DNA of 64,000 nt. It comes from Octopus sinensis (lineage: Eukaryota). Within the stretch, counting starts at the first letter, position 1; each line of letters begins with the position of its first letter. The DNA lies in the NCBI RefSeq assembly GCF_006345805.1, contig NC_043002.1, positions 13,392,001-13,456,000 of the forward strand, given 5' to 3'. Position numbers and translations under genes: made by a program. Below are positions 51,478 to 64,000 of the stretch, piece after piece. The notes beneath the pieces are model-generated. The model saw only the letters and a list, made by a program, of their open reading frames with translations, had not been told where the DNA came from and searched no databases.

Positions 51478-53110
51478 GTAAGTTTGAAGAGAAAAATATG
51501 ATGTAATTACAAGAACTTTCCTTTTACAGCTGAGTTGGGTAGTTTTGCATTTATGAGACTCATCTTCATTATCATCATCATTGTTTAACATCTGCTTTTC
51601 CATGCTTGCATGAGTTAGATGGAATTTGTTTAAACAGATTTTCAATGACTGGATGCTCTTCCTGTTGCCAACCTTCACTTGTTTCTAAGTAAGGTAATAT
51701 TCCCCCATGGCCAGACATAGTTCAACAGAATATTGGAAACGGTGCAAAGAGCACCATAGAGTGTGATCATTGACAGAGCGGCTAACCGGCTTCCATGCCA
51801 GTGGCACTTAAAGAGCACCATTTGAGCATGATCGTTACCAGCGTCGCACTACTGGCACTCGAGTCCGTGCTAGTAGGGTATTAAGAGCACCTTTAAGATG
51901 ATGAAATGATAATGGCACGACATGTTTCATTTAGTTTCCATCCACGAAATATGGGACCTTGGTAAAAGACACTTTCCCAAGATGCCATGCTGTAGGATTG
52001 AACCTGAAACCGCATAGTTGGGAAACAAGCTTCATAAACAAGCAGCCATTCCTGTTTATTTATTAAACACACTCTTGAAAGTTATGCATTCAAATATTTT
52101 TACGACCACTTAATAGAATTCCTAAGGAGAATTGATTGCACAAGTCAAGTACCCAAAATCCCGTTACAAACATTTTGTTTTGGTTTTAAGCAAAGCACTT
52201 TGCTGTACTTGTCTATGCCTGACCTACAGACAGCATGTTCCACTTGTGTTGTATAGTTATTGTTGTTAACTCCAGACCAGCTTGAACCAGCTGTCTTATC
52301 ATTGAAAACATCCCAGCCATGGCATCCTGTCTGTTTTCCAGACATAATGAATATAATACTACCATATTATCCGACTGTATGATTTGAAGGATATTTCGCT
52401 GCTATTTCTAGCTGATCAAGTGACCATTTAGAAGCTCTCTTTCTGCTTCTCTCTAGCTGGTAATATTTATTAGTATTAGTAGTAGCATTTATCATCCTCA
52501 TCATCATCATTTAACATCTGTTTCCCATGCTGATATGGCTTGAATGGTTTGGTAGGAGCTAGCAAGGCTGGGAGCTGTACCAGGCTCCTTTGTTTTGGCA
52601 GTGTTGCTACAGCTTGACACCTTTCCTAAAACCAACCACTGTACAGAACATGCTAGATGGGTTTCACTTGGCACTAACATTCTATTTCAAAAATACTTTT
52701 TCCAACAATATATAGACACCTGAAATATGTAGAACCCATCCATCCGTCATTATCATCAGCTGGTAGAAACATTAGCATACTGGGCTAAATGCTCAGCGGT
52801 ATTTCATCTGTCTTATGTTCTGAGTTCAAATTCCTGCCAAGTTTGACTTTGCCTTTCATCCTTTCAAGGTCAATAAATTAAGTACCAGTTGCATACTGGG
52901 TCAATCTAATCAACTGGCTCCATCCTCCAAAATTTCAAACCTTGTGCCTAGAGTAGAAAAGAATATTAGTAAAGCATTCACTTAGATGTATTTTAGTAAG
53001 TTTAGTTCAACATCATGATAGGCTTGGCTTTTGTATTTGTCATTGACAGTCAAGAAAATAAGTACAAGTAAAAATTATAGATATCTTCTATAATTATTAT
53101 CCTTCTGTTT

Positions 53111-54213
53111 AATTAAGGAGTTAATATTTTTTATATCCTTTATATTATTTTTAAATTAAGGAGTTAATATTTTTTTATATCCTTTATATTATTTTTAAAT
53201 TAAGGAGTTAATATTAGTTTTTATATCCTTTATATTATTTTTAAATTAAGGAGTTAATATTATTTTTTATATCCTTTATATTATTTTTAAATTAAGGAGT
53301 TAATATTATTTTTTTATATCCTTTATATTATTTTTAAATTAAGGAGTTAATATTATTTTTTATATCCTTTATATTATTTTTAAATTAAGGAGTTAATATT
53401 ATTTTTTTATATCCTTTATATTATTTTTAAATTAAGGAGTTAATATTATTTTTTATATCCTTTATATTATTTTTAAATTAAGGAGTTAATATTATTTTTT
53501 TATATCCTTTATATTATTTTTAAATTAAGGAGTTAATATTATTTTTTTATATCCTTTATATTATTTTTAAATTAAGGAGTTAATATATTTTTTTATATCC
53601 TTTATATTATTTTTAAATTAAGGAGTTAATATTATTTTTTATATCCTTTATATTTTTTTAAATTAAGGAGTTAATATTATTTTTTTATATCCTTTATATT
53701 ATTTTTAAATTAAGGAGTTAATATTATTTTTTATATCCTTTATATTATTTTTAAATCAAGGAGTTAATATTATTTTTATATCCTTTATATTTTTTAAATT
53801 AAGGAGTTAATATTATTTTTTTATATCCTTTATATTATTTTTAAATTAAGGAGTTATATTATTTTTTTATATCCTTTATATTATTTTTAAATTAAGGAGT
53901 TAATATTATTTTTTTATATCCTTTATATTATTTTTAAATTAAGGAGTTAATATATTTTTTTATATCCTTTATATTATTTTTAAATTAAGGAGTTAATATT
54001 ATTTTTTTATATCCTTTATATTATTTTTAAATTAAGGAGTTAATATTATTTTTTATATCCTTTATATTATTTTTAAATTAAGGAGTTAATATTATTTTTT
54101 TATATCCTTTATATTATTTTTAAATTAAGGAGTTAATATTATTTTTAAATTAAGGAGTTATTTTTTATATCCTTTATATTATTTTTAAATCAAGGAGTTA
54201 ATATTATTTTTTT
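53111..54213. repeat. AT-rich minisatellite, ~46-48-bp unit (aattaaggagttaatattatttttttatatcctttatattattttta), about 25 units by eye
   Basis: Direct head-to-tail repeats without spacers; variation mainly in T-run length; ends ~20 nt before the last-exon acceptor. Confidence 0.95.
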
Positions 54214-54236
54214 AATATCTTTTTTTTGTTTTGCAG

Positions 54237-54433
54237 AAGTTGCACGGACAAGGTTACGTCAAGAAGGCCTCAAATACACCTCCTTTTTCCAGACGTTATT
54301 CCTCGTTGCTCGCGAAGAAGGTTTCTTGGCTTTGTACCGTGGTCTTGGCACACAGTTCGTACGTCAGATACCTAACACAGCAATAGTGATGTCCACATAC
54401 GAACTTGTTGTTTACAAGTTGTCTGACCGGTGA
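54237..54433 (+). CDS. SLC25A36: Carrier last coding exon: [21 protein letters not shown]...[11 protein letters not shown]
   Basis: Acceptor ttttgttttgcag ends 54236; TGA at 54431-54433; completes signature motif 3. Confidence 0.95.
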
Positions 54434-55472
54434 ACTCTTCTTTAGCAAACTGTGATTTAATAGGTCTTGTGAAACTTGGCGTTTTAGCAATGCAGAGAGG
54501 GCCAGAAGGGAGAAACTACTGGTTCTTTTATGATGCTGCAGAAGACATTTAATTTTCTTGGGACCTTTTGTAAAAGATTTTCCTTGGCTGTACTAAACAA
54601 ACAAACAAACAAACAAAAAAAAAACTGAAATGGACTACAGGCCAAAAGTCCCAAGTGCTTTATATGAATTTTTTTAAGGAAAAAAAAAAACCATCCGTAG
54701 CCATGCAAAGCATCTTGTGACCAACACAATTGGTAACATAGTTGTTAATCATTAAACTATTTAACGTTTATGTTTTTTTTAATGATTTAAAAAGAGATAT
54801 TTAAATCTTGTCTTTCCACATTCCTCCTTCTAAATATCTTTGTGTTGACCCACAGATTTCGGTTGTGGGTCTAAGTGTAGAAAGAGACAAGGTGTCTTCT
54901 TAAAATTCCACTTCTCCTCCCTAGCAGCTATTTGCTTGATGCTTGGTTCATTGCCGAGTTCCATTAGTTGTCCAATCTTTTTAAAACTTCATATACATGT
55001 ATGTATACGTGTACGTTTTTTTTTTTAAGACAATGGGCGATGAGGAAACATTTTTCTTTAAATGCATCTTTGCTAAGATGTAAATATGCCTCTTGTTTTC
55101 ATTTTCCTTTAGAAATGTATTTTACAAAAGGAAAAGAGACAATAGAATAAGAGGAAAAAGAAAGATGGGCAGACTGAGATGCAAATACAAAGGAGAAAGA
55201 GAAAACATATAATGAAGAAAAACAGGAAAGAAAACAAAATAATTTAAAATTTAAAGGATTATTTTAAAAAGGAAAAAAATTGTTTTTTAAATTTTCATTT
55301 ATGAAGTTAAAAAAAAATATAAATTGTAGATAGCTAAAAATAGATAAAAATTAACAAATTTAAACATCAAAAATTTCAAAAACCAAAAAAAAAAAATTAA
55401 AATTCTACCAAAGAAAACCAAGAAATGTGAGTAGCAATCTTAAAACAGATTTGATCCAAGTCAAATATTAAA

Positions 55473-55865
55473 TTAACCCTTTGATGCCAAACACCTGAAA
55501 CCGCCCCTGGTTCTATGACACTTACCTCCTGCTGTTAAGTGATCTCAAAATTCCTCATTAATATTTTCTGTTAATATATATTCCAGACACCAGTTAAATA
55601 ATTACAAGATTATTTTTACTATTCTTCATTATTAAAATAATAAAAAAAATAATAAAATTCTAATTAAAATAATGGCAATGCATTTCGTTAGATATATGGT
55701 AACAAAAGTGTTAAAGTGATCTAAAAACCTTCAATCAAAATTTCATTTTCATTTATGTTTCAAACCCCCAGCTTATTAATGAGAAAGTTAGTTTAATAAA
55801 CTCTTCATTCTTTTCTGAAATTAATTGAAACAATAGCAATGGATATATGGTGACAAATGGGTTAA
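55473..55865. mobile_element. Degenerate piggyBac-type MITE remnants downstream of the stop codon
   Basis: ttaaccctttgat start; ggtaacaaaagtgttaa and gtgacaaatgggttaa ends. Confidence 0.5.
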
Positions 55866-56328
55866 AATAATATTCATCTAAATGATTAACAAAAACAGAA
55901 CATGGTGTTAATCCTTGCTTAAGGATAATCTATGTGATGAATTTGTTCATTTATTATATATTTTTTTTTTCCTCTTAGGTATAACTAAAGATAGGATGAG
56001 ACTAGTCAAATCTGATTTTACTAGCTTATGTGAAAGAACTTTAGAACGGAACTTATTCTAAAACAAACAACGGCAGATATTTAAATTTATTTTTTTATTT
56101 TTTTAAAAAATGTTTTTTCTTCCTTCAAAAATTTTAATTTATTGTTCAATTTTTTTTTTAATTTAATTTTTTTGTTTGTTGTTGTTGTTTAATAACAGCT
56201 GTTGCAGTAGTCGCATTGGCTGTTACATTGCACTGTCTCCAACGGAGACTTACCAATACATAAACATATATCATACACCATACATATTACTTATGTACAT
56301 TTACATACATGTGTGTGTATATATACAC

Positions 56329-56397
<69 letters not shown>

Positions 56398-56747
56398 ATA
56401 TGCAAATATATGTGCATTTATACACACTTATGCATGCGCATACATACACACGCACATTTATACATGCATTTATATGTCGAGCATTTGTGTTTTTGTGCAG
56501 AAATGGCTAAGTGATAAATACACACCTGCGTTTGAAGTGTTAGGTCCCCGATATAATTGTGTGGCAAGGAAATCAGATAGATTCTACGGGCCCCAAAGAT
56601 TTGTGCACTTGAGGTTGGTCATTGGGAGATGCTAGGATATGAATGTGAACTGCATCAAATAGTTAGGCATAGGAATATCGCTCATATATATATGTCTGTA
56701 TCCGCATATAAATACATATATACATGTGTGTGAGTGCTTGTATGCAT

Positions 56748-56950
56748 CTACTAACATATATATTTATAAATGTATATAATATATATTTGTGTCTATTTAT
56801 ACATGTATATATTTATAAATTTATATATTTATATATTTATAAATATGTATCTACTAACATATATTTATAAATGTATATAATATATATTTGTGTCTATTTA
56901 TACATGTATATATTTATAAATGTATTTATATATTTATAAATATGTATTTA
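56748..56950. repeat. AT-rich ~100-bp tandem duplication
   Basis: ctactaacatata...atatttataaatatgtat occurs twice in succession. Confidence 0.75.
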
Positions 56951-58201
56951 CTGATAGTACATATATAAATATATACATTATTTATAATATATATAAATTC
57001 ACACACTTGCAAAAATATGTGAGTGTGTGACATTTTATAGGAGACATCAATATATGTATATATATACTTATGAAAATGTAATTATAAATATGTACATAAT
57101 ATCAGTATATATTTATAGATGTGTGTATGTATATATATATATATATATATATGCATGTAGATATTATAATCTATAATTAACCTCCACTGTCCATGTTGCC
57201 ATGCTTTGGACAACTTGACAGGGTCCAACAGCCGAAAGGAATGCAGCATATTCCAACGCCTGTTTTGGCATGCTTTCTACAAAGCAGATAATGGAGCGTG
57301 ACAACTGATCTTACGCGAGTGTATATATAATTAAGTATATATTTAAAATACATACTGTATTTAGTAAAGACAACAATATATCTTAAGACTAGAAATAAAA
57401 AGAGAAAAAAAAACCCACAACCTCAAATGGAAATATAACTAAGCCACTATTGTTGGCTGGTAGATCATTTCTAAAGATTACACCAAGTGTAGACTATGCT
57501 TTTATTTCATGTTTGAAATAAGAAATTCCTCATATTGGTTTCAGATTTGGGTTCATATTACCAAGTAATTTTAACAATTTAGTCATGTCATATGTCTTGA
57601 AATTCTTGTAATCTGGCCACTTCTTAGTCTCTGAAAGATAAACTACAGCAATTAGCATCAGATCTAGACCTCTTTAGAATTTTTAACTTGCAGTAAACTC
57701 ACTCAAGAATGTGAATAATTAATTAACTTATATTAACTGTAAAGATTTTTTATCTATAAATCATATATATCTCTAAGTGTGTATATGCTCAATATAGTTA
57801 ATAACTTTGATAGGTTTCAGCCAGTATAGGGCCCAGGCCATGTCTAACTCAATAGCACCAACTGATGAAGTCATTTAGTCATAAATGGGGCACCATAGCC
57901 CACTATAGTAAAGAGTTATTATTGTTGGAGACATATCCGGGTATAAATTATTTTTATTTTGGTCAAGATAGTTTCCAGCTGCTCTGAGTTTTACCAGCGA
58001 GTGCATAGTATGTTCAGGCGAGTTACAAATGCTGTAGCTCATAACTTGCTTGGCCTGAAGACCCTGTGTACCAACAAAACAAAGCTCAACAGAGCAAGAG
58101 ACGAACTTGACCAAAATAAAAAAAATCATGACTTTCTATTACTAAGTACTCTCTCTTCGGAAAGTCAACATTCAAGTGACACATATACTTGTGTGTGTAT
58201 G

Positions 58202-58234
<33 letters not shown>

Positions 58235-58245
58235 AATCAATGGGA

Positions 58246-58460
58246 ACAATGAATTCTGGGAAAATAGTTTAAGCCATTTAAGAACACAGAAGTGGTGTTA
58301 CAATATATCTTAAGACTAGAATTAAAAAGAGAAAAAAAAACCCACTTGCAAAAATATGTGAGTGTGTGACATTTTATAGGAGACATCAATATATATATAT
58401 ACTTATGAAAATGTAATTATAAATATGTACATAATATCAGTATATATTTATAGATGTGTG

Positions 58461-58508
<48 letters not shown>

Positions 58509-58721
58509 TGTAGATATTATAATCTATAATTAACCTCCACTGTCCATGTTGCCATGCTTTGGACAACTTGACAGGGTCCAACAGCCGAAAGGAATGCAGC
58601 ATATTCCAACGCCTGTTTTGGCATGCTTTCTACAAAGCAGATAATGGAGCGTGACAACTGATCTTACAATGAATTCTGGGAAAATAGTTTAAGCCATTTA
58701 AGAACACAGAAGTGGTGTTAC
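58246..58721. repeat. Complex templated insertion (A-B-C-A) built from nearby sequence
   Basis: A: 58246-58301 = 58666-58721; B: 58300-58345 = 57373-57418; C: 58343-58667 = 57004-57314. Confidence 0.9.
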
Positions 58722-59599
58722 GTTCACTATTTGCTGTGAGTAGGTCACCGACGCTATTTCATAGTATATAATGCAAGTATATATATGTATCTAGATGTGT
58801 GTATATATATATATATACATACACATACACAAATATACAATTACACATTTATAAATATGTAGGTATATATGTATGCATACATATGTGTATATGTGTGTGT
58901 ATATAAATATACATACGGCATGTTTCAGTCTGTGTTGTGTGTGTGTTATATATATATATATTTATATTTAAACATAAATACAAATATAGTATATGTATGT
59001 TTATCACACTGTGTGCTCATATACACGCAACATGCATACACTCACAATACTTGTGTGTTTATCATATATGTGTGTGTGTGTGTGTATGGTCACATACATA
59101 CACATACAGTACTTGTGTGCTTATTTATGTATAAACATAATAGTGTGCATTCGCATGCGCACACACACATGCAGACAATCTGAAGAAGTATGTTGGTGCA
59201 TTTACATGCAGCGTAGGATTGTGCATTTGCAAGAAAGTAGGACTAGCTGGGTGTGCAGCCACGTGTGTCTGTGTGTATATATTTCTAGAGGTTTTTTTTT
59301 TCCTGCTTTATATACATATATTTAATAATTCAAGTGTGCTCATAGTCTTCCTTTTTGTCCCAATATGCCAATATATATATGTATATATATATACCTGCCA
59401 AATTCTTGCATATGTGCACAGACTAGAATGCATTGTGATTGGGTTTATATGTCTATGTATACTTGATTTATGTGATTTGTATGATTGATGTATTTTTGAT
59501 TAACGTGAGATCAGTCATGAGTAAGTGCGTAGAGTACTTTGTCTTGAATTTGTAGATGCATTATCTCTACGATTAAGGAAATCTGTTCTGTAACATATA

Positions 59600-60310
59600 G
59601 ATATATGTATATATGTGTGGGTATGCACACAAATACGCACATGCTCACATATATATATGTGTGTGTGTGTATATGTATGTGTATATATATGTATGTGTAT
59701 ATATATGTGTGTATATATATGTATGTATATATATATATGTATGTATATATATGTGTATGTATATATATATGTGTATGTATATATATATGTATGTGTATAT
59801 ATATGTATGTGTATATATGTGTATATATATATGTATGTGTATGTATATATATATATATATGTATGTGTATGTATATATATATATATATACGTAACGTATG
59901 TATGTATATATATATACGTATGTATATGTATGTATATATATATACGTAATGTATATATATACGTATGTATATATATGTATATATATACGTATGTATATGT
60001 ATGTATGTATATATATGTACGTATGTATATGTATGTATATATGTACGTATGTATATGTATATACGTATGTATATATGTACGTATGTATATGTATATACGT
60101 ATGTATATGTACGTATGTATATGTATGTATATATATATATGTATGTATATATATATATGTATGTATATATATATGTATGTATGTATGTATATATGTATGT
60201 ATGTATATATGTATGTATGTATGTATATATGTATGTATGTATGTATATATGTATGTATGTATGTATGTATATATGTATGTATGTATATATGTATGTATGT
60301 ATATATGCAT
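59600..60310. repeat. Compound microsatellite (TA/TG/ATGT/ACGT motifs)
   Basis: ~700 bp of low-complexity di- and tetranucleotide repeats; source of the Y/I/T/H- and Y/V/C/M-rich ORFs. Confidence 0.95.
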
Positions 60311-61119
60311 TCATTCCCTTATGAAATTGAAGCAGCCCTGGCGTAATAAATATTATCAACCATATATATTTGATGCACAAGCACCATGTATTTGGCGTGG
60401 GGGAGAACACTCTCACACTGCTGGGTGTTAGAATACTTTCAGCACAGCATACCGACAAATGCACAAAGCATATACCTTGAGTATATATGGTTGATAATGT
60501 TTGATACACACACATATGTATATATGATGCTTAGACTGATGTTTACTTTCTCTAGCAAACTTACCTCTGTGTATTGATATATGATCTTTTTCTGTATGTT
60601 ATACAAATGTACACATTCGATGTGGATACATCATATATGTGTCATATACTTGTCATGATATATGTTATTAAGTCAGTAGGAATTGGTCTTCACCTGTACT
60701 CAGTTTCGAAGACAATAATTACGCTTCAATCATTTGGCTTGCAAATTCAACTCTAAAACACCAGACGGCCATCAGGGATTTTACGGTGAGGGATCGAAGC
60801 AAACTGTGTTCTGTGAACTCTGGATCTGGCTGACTTGATAAGTTATACATTCTACCTCAGGTATTGAGTACTTTTCCCCCTCTGTTATTGGTGATGCAAT
60901 GGTTTGTGTTATGTCGTATGTGAGTGTTTGTGTGTGCGCATGTTTGTGAATATATATCTTGATATATGTGTGTATGTATACAATATATGTGATATATATG
61001 CACATATATATAATAAGAATATGCGAATGAGTTATCTGATCCTGCTACAAGTGTTACATTAAGAGTTTTTATTGTGCCCTCAACGTAGTACTGTCAGGTA
61101 TGTAATTTGCACAACATAA

Positions 61120-61350
61120 GGCAGCGAGATGGCAGAAACGTTAGCACACAGGGTGAAATGCCTAGCGGTATTTCGTCTGCCGCTACGTTCTGAGTTTAAA
61201 TTCCGCCGAGGTCGACTTTGCCTTTCATCCTTTTGGGGTTGATAAATTAAGTACCAGTTATGCACCGGGGTCGATATAATCGACTTAATCCGTGTGTCTG
61301 TCCTTGTTCATCCCCTCTTTGTTTAGCCCCTTGTGGGCAGTAAAGAAATA
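61120..61350 (+). mobile_element. SINE family B, full length
   Basis: 25-bp TSD aggtatgtaatttgcacaacataag at 61096-61120 and 61350-61374. Confidence 0.9.
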
Positions 61351-62512
61351 GGTATGTAATTTGCACAACATAAGATTACATAATACGTTACTCAAATGTA
61401 TGTATATGTATGCATCTATCTATCTATATGTGCACACACATGAGAGAGAGAGAGAGAGAGAGGTATGCATATACTCTAATATTCAGGTGTGTATAATGTG
61501 TAAATAGATTAAATGTGTGTATAATGTGTGTACATCGCACGCAGCCTTTGCAGTATCTGCTGTTTAGAATGCCATTCCTACAAGAATTTATCCTGGTGTA
61601 TGATGGACACAATCCACACTAAATTAATTATAATGATTATACTAAGCTTGCAACAGTCACTGGATGTAAATATATTGTTTCTGAATTGTCAGTTTGTTGG
61701 AGTGGAAAAGAAAGATGTAACCCACGTCCAAACTCTTTCAGAGAAGGAATGGCAATAAAGATTTTTTTTTTTTTTTGAAAAAATAATAAAAAATAATGAA
61801 GTAATAAAATGTTATTTTGTTTTTAGTTTTAATTCTTCAACTCTGTTACAACTCATGTTGAAAGATGGACGGGTTAAACTGCTAACTTCGGTCTTGATTT
61901 CTGGTTATTTTGTGGAACTTATAAAGACCTCAAGGTTTTGCTGGTGTATTACAGGTGTGATATGCATTTTTCTCTCTTCCTTTCTACAAGGAATAACTGA
62001 AAAGTCACTTCACTCCGAAGCTATCACCCCCCCCTCAACTAATAAATTTATAAGACTTAACATAATGTAGTTTAACTCGTACCTCTTTCTAAATGCCAAA
62101 ACCAATACAGGTACAACATCGATTTTCCGGAACCTTTGGCTCCACAGTCTTTCTGGGTTATTGATTTTGCCAAACCAGGTGCAGTTACTTTGGTCCGCGT
62201 AAACACCTATTAAGCTTACTTTAATAATTAATTGAAAGGATCTGTAAATTAATGCAGTCAACATAATATAAAGCACCTATTAAATTTACCTAAGTGAAAT
62301 ACAGGTAAGTTAGTGTGGAATATAAGTGGTTCTATATCATCAGTGTCCGAAAAGTCGATGTTTACCTCTACTTTCTGTTAGACCATAGATACTACATGGT
62401 CAGTCACTCAACCAATATTTAAAATATTGTATGCAAACGACTTGTAAGTTCTGGAGAAAATAATGCTAAGTGTACTCACTAATTGGTACAAAAGCAGTAA
62501 TCTTGTGTGTCA

Positions 62513-62776
62513 ACGTCACCGTGACCGACCAGGCTATCAGATGTTGCTACACATCGCTGGTCACAATGCACTTTGCATTGTTTTAGCCTTCAAATGACGC
62601 CACCCCGCAGGCCAACAGAAGAAAGTTGTGGCGAAAGAGTACAGCAAGGATCGCCACCACCCCCTGTCGGAGCCTCGTGGAGCTTTATGTGTTTTCGCTC
62701 AATAAACACTCACAACGCCCGGTCTGGGAATCGAAACCGCGAGTCCGCTGCCCTAACCACTAGGCCATTGCGCCTC
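62513..62776 (-). mobile_element. tRNA-derived SINE (family F)
   Basis: Minus-strand head gaggcgcaatggcctagtggttagggcagcgg...gtttcgattccc. Confidence 0.7.
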
Positions 62777-62879
62777 TACTTGTGTGTCGATGTAAATTTA
62801 GTTAATCTCACTACCAAATACTACATAAGAATGATCGAGAGAAGTTTCAAAAGTCGCTAATAAAACCCAGCTTTATCTT

Positions 62880-63277
62880 TCTGAAATGAAGAGGAACACT
62901 CCAACTTTTTCAAGCTACATATAGAAATTTAAGAACAAGATATAACAATCCATTTGTATAAATTGAACTAAAACAAGGCATGCGTCACTTGTTTAGTGAT
63001 TTGCAACCCGTGTTAGAAATTTTTCATTATAAATTAACGTAAATACCGAACTAATTAATATTTCGTGTTTGGATTTGGTTTGCAAGATTCTTTATGAGTT
63101 CGTGTGTTGAAGCATATTCTGTTGTGTCTGGGGAGAGTCAAGACTATTGAAAAGGTTGCAAGACGCAACGAAAATTTTAGGAAAATAAAAATAAGAAAAA
63201 AGTGGAAATTTTACCAGTGAGTGTGTTAAATAATAAGGCACTAAAAGAGAACGACTCTCCCCAGACACGACAGAACT
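62880..63277. mobile_element. Repeat fragment with terminal inversion (possible Penelope-like relic)
   Basis: ttctgttgtgtctggggagagtc (~63117-63139) is inverted at ~63253-63275; family assignment is tentative. Confidence 0.35.
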
Positions 63278-64000
63278 AATTAATATTATTATTATTAAAG
63301 CGGCGAACCGAACTGGCAGAATCGTTACTACGCTGGTAAAAAATACTTAGCGGCATTTCTGAGCTCAAATGCCCCCGGAGTCAACTTTGTCATCATTTTG
63401 GGGTCGATAAGTATCAGTTGAGCTGTAGGGGGAAGGGGGCTTGATGTAATCGATTTACTCACCCGAACTTCCTAGCTTTGTACCTAAATCTGACACCATT
63501 ATTTTTATTATTAATTATTATGTATAGATTTTGATATAGTGAGGTAAGTTTATTTACTTTTAAGCTTTCAACAGTAGAAGCAATAAGTGAGGTAGGAGGA
63601 AAGACGTCATGAGTGAGAGTGAGAGATAGATGGGAGTAACATCGGTCATGTGAAGGAGGCGGGGCAGAAACGCAAAGCAGTGGCGCTGTTAAAATTGTGG
63701 AATTTTACTTGACGTAATTCTGTTATATAAAGAATGAATTAATTCAGTGAATGATATCAGTTCAGTTTTTCTTCTATGAAACAAAAAGTTACCAATCTTG
63801 TGGCTCAACACTGATAAATAACTACGAGAAAGACTTGACCTTTCAACGTAGAAAACGACTAAAAACAACAAATGTATGAAAAAATATTGAATTATCGAAA
63901 CAAAACTAAAACAGAATTACTTCAACGAGGGAGCAAAGAAAAAACAGCGGAATTAGACAAGGAAAGAGGTGGGTGATAGCGGGTAACTGGTTGTACATCT

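Larger units (their letters stand above)
14349..54433 (+). other. SLC25A36: Gene body (visible coding span) of a mitochondrial pyrimidine nucleotide carrier, SLC25A36/SLC25A33 (Rim2)-like; first coding exon not found
   Basis: Six exons splice in frame via GT-AG. The product has three carrier repeats with signature motifs [20 protein letters not shown] (W in place of D/E, typical of this carrier subgroup) and [10 protein letters not shown], plus [13 protein letters not shown] and [17 protein letters not shown], as in SLC25A33/36. Paralog 36 versus 33 cannot be resolved for an invertebrate gene. Confidence 0.93.

Noticed and set aside
53111-54213. CRISPR-like repeat array
   Set aside because: Units are contiguous with no unique spacers, the context is a eukaryotic intron, and there are no cas genes; it is a minisatellite.
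55140-56190. A-rich then T-rich blocks downstream of the stop codon; polyadenylation site
   Set aside because: Low complexity with several AATAAA-like hexamers (e.g. ~55651, ~55795); the true 3' end cannot be chosen without RNA data.
57875-58252. Overlapping 84-aa and 97-aa ORFs in unique sequence
   Set aside because: No recognisable domain or splice context, and the plus-strand ORF runs into a microsatellite.
59511-60515. 334-aa and overlapping 100-240-aa ORFs
   Set aside because: They are translations of TA/TG/ATGT microsatellites, which lack stop codons by composition; there is no protein signal.
63689-63871. Possible Penelope GIY-YIG C-terminal relic (CFIEEKL-like peptide on the minus strand)
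   Set aside because: Similarity is only a few residues across frameshifts; too weak to call.

Overview
AT-rich, repeat-dense animal genomic DNA. The SINE, LINE and MITE families suggest an octopus or other coleoid cephalopod; this is inference, not a database match. The window holds one protein-coding gene on the + strand: a mitochondrial pyrimidine-nucleotide carrier of the SLC25A33/SLC25A36 (Rim2/PNC) type. Six distinct coding exons can be spliced in frame with GT-AG borders: 14349-14591, 28141-28218, 44011-44111, 49387-49453, 51194-51477 and 54237-54433 (stop). The short first coding exon was not found and probably lies upstream of the window. The 243-nt exon exists twice (14349-14591 and 15471-15713) in a ~1.1-kb tandem duplication whose breakpoints lie in (TA)n tracts. 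The rest is intron or intergenic DNA filled with tRNA-derived SINEs, RTE and CR1 LINE 3' fragments, hAT/piggyBac/Tc1-pogo MITEs, Helitrons, microsatellites and a ~47-bp minisatellite abutting the last splice acceptor. Most notable observations: the duplicated frame-preserving exon; a tRNA-headed element carrying a minimal hammerhead ribozyme core and a 5' inverted repeat; a three-junction templated insertion; long intronic hairpins; and candidate stop-containing cassette exons. Almost all ORFs in the supplied track are repeat or low-complexity artefacts. No prokaryotic features or CRISPR arrays are present.
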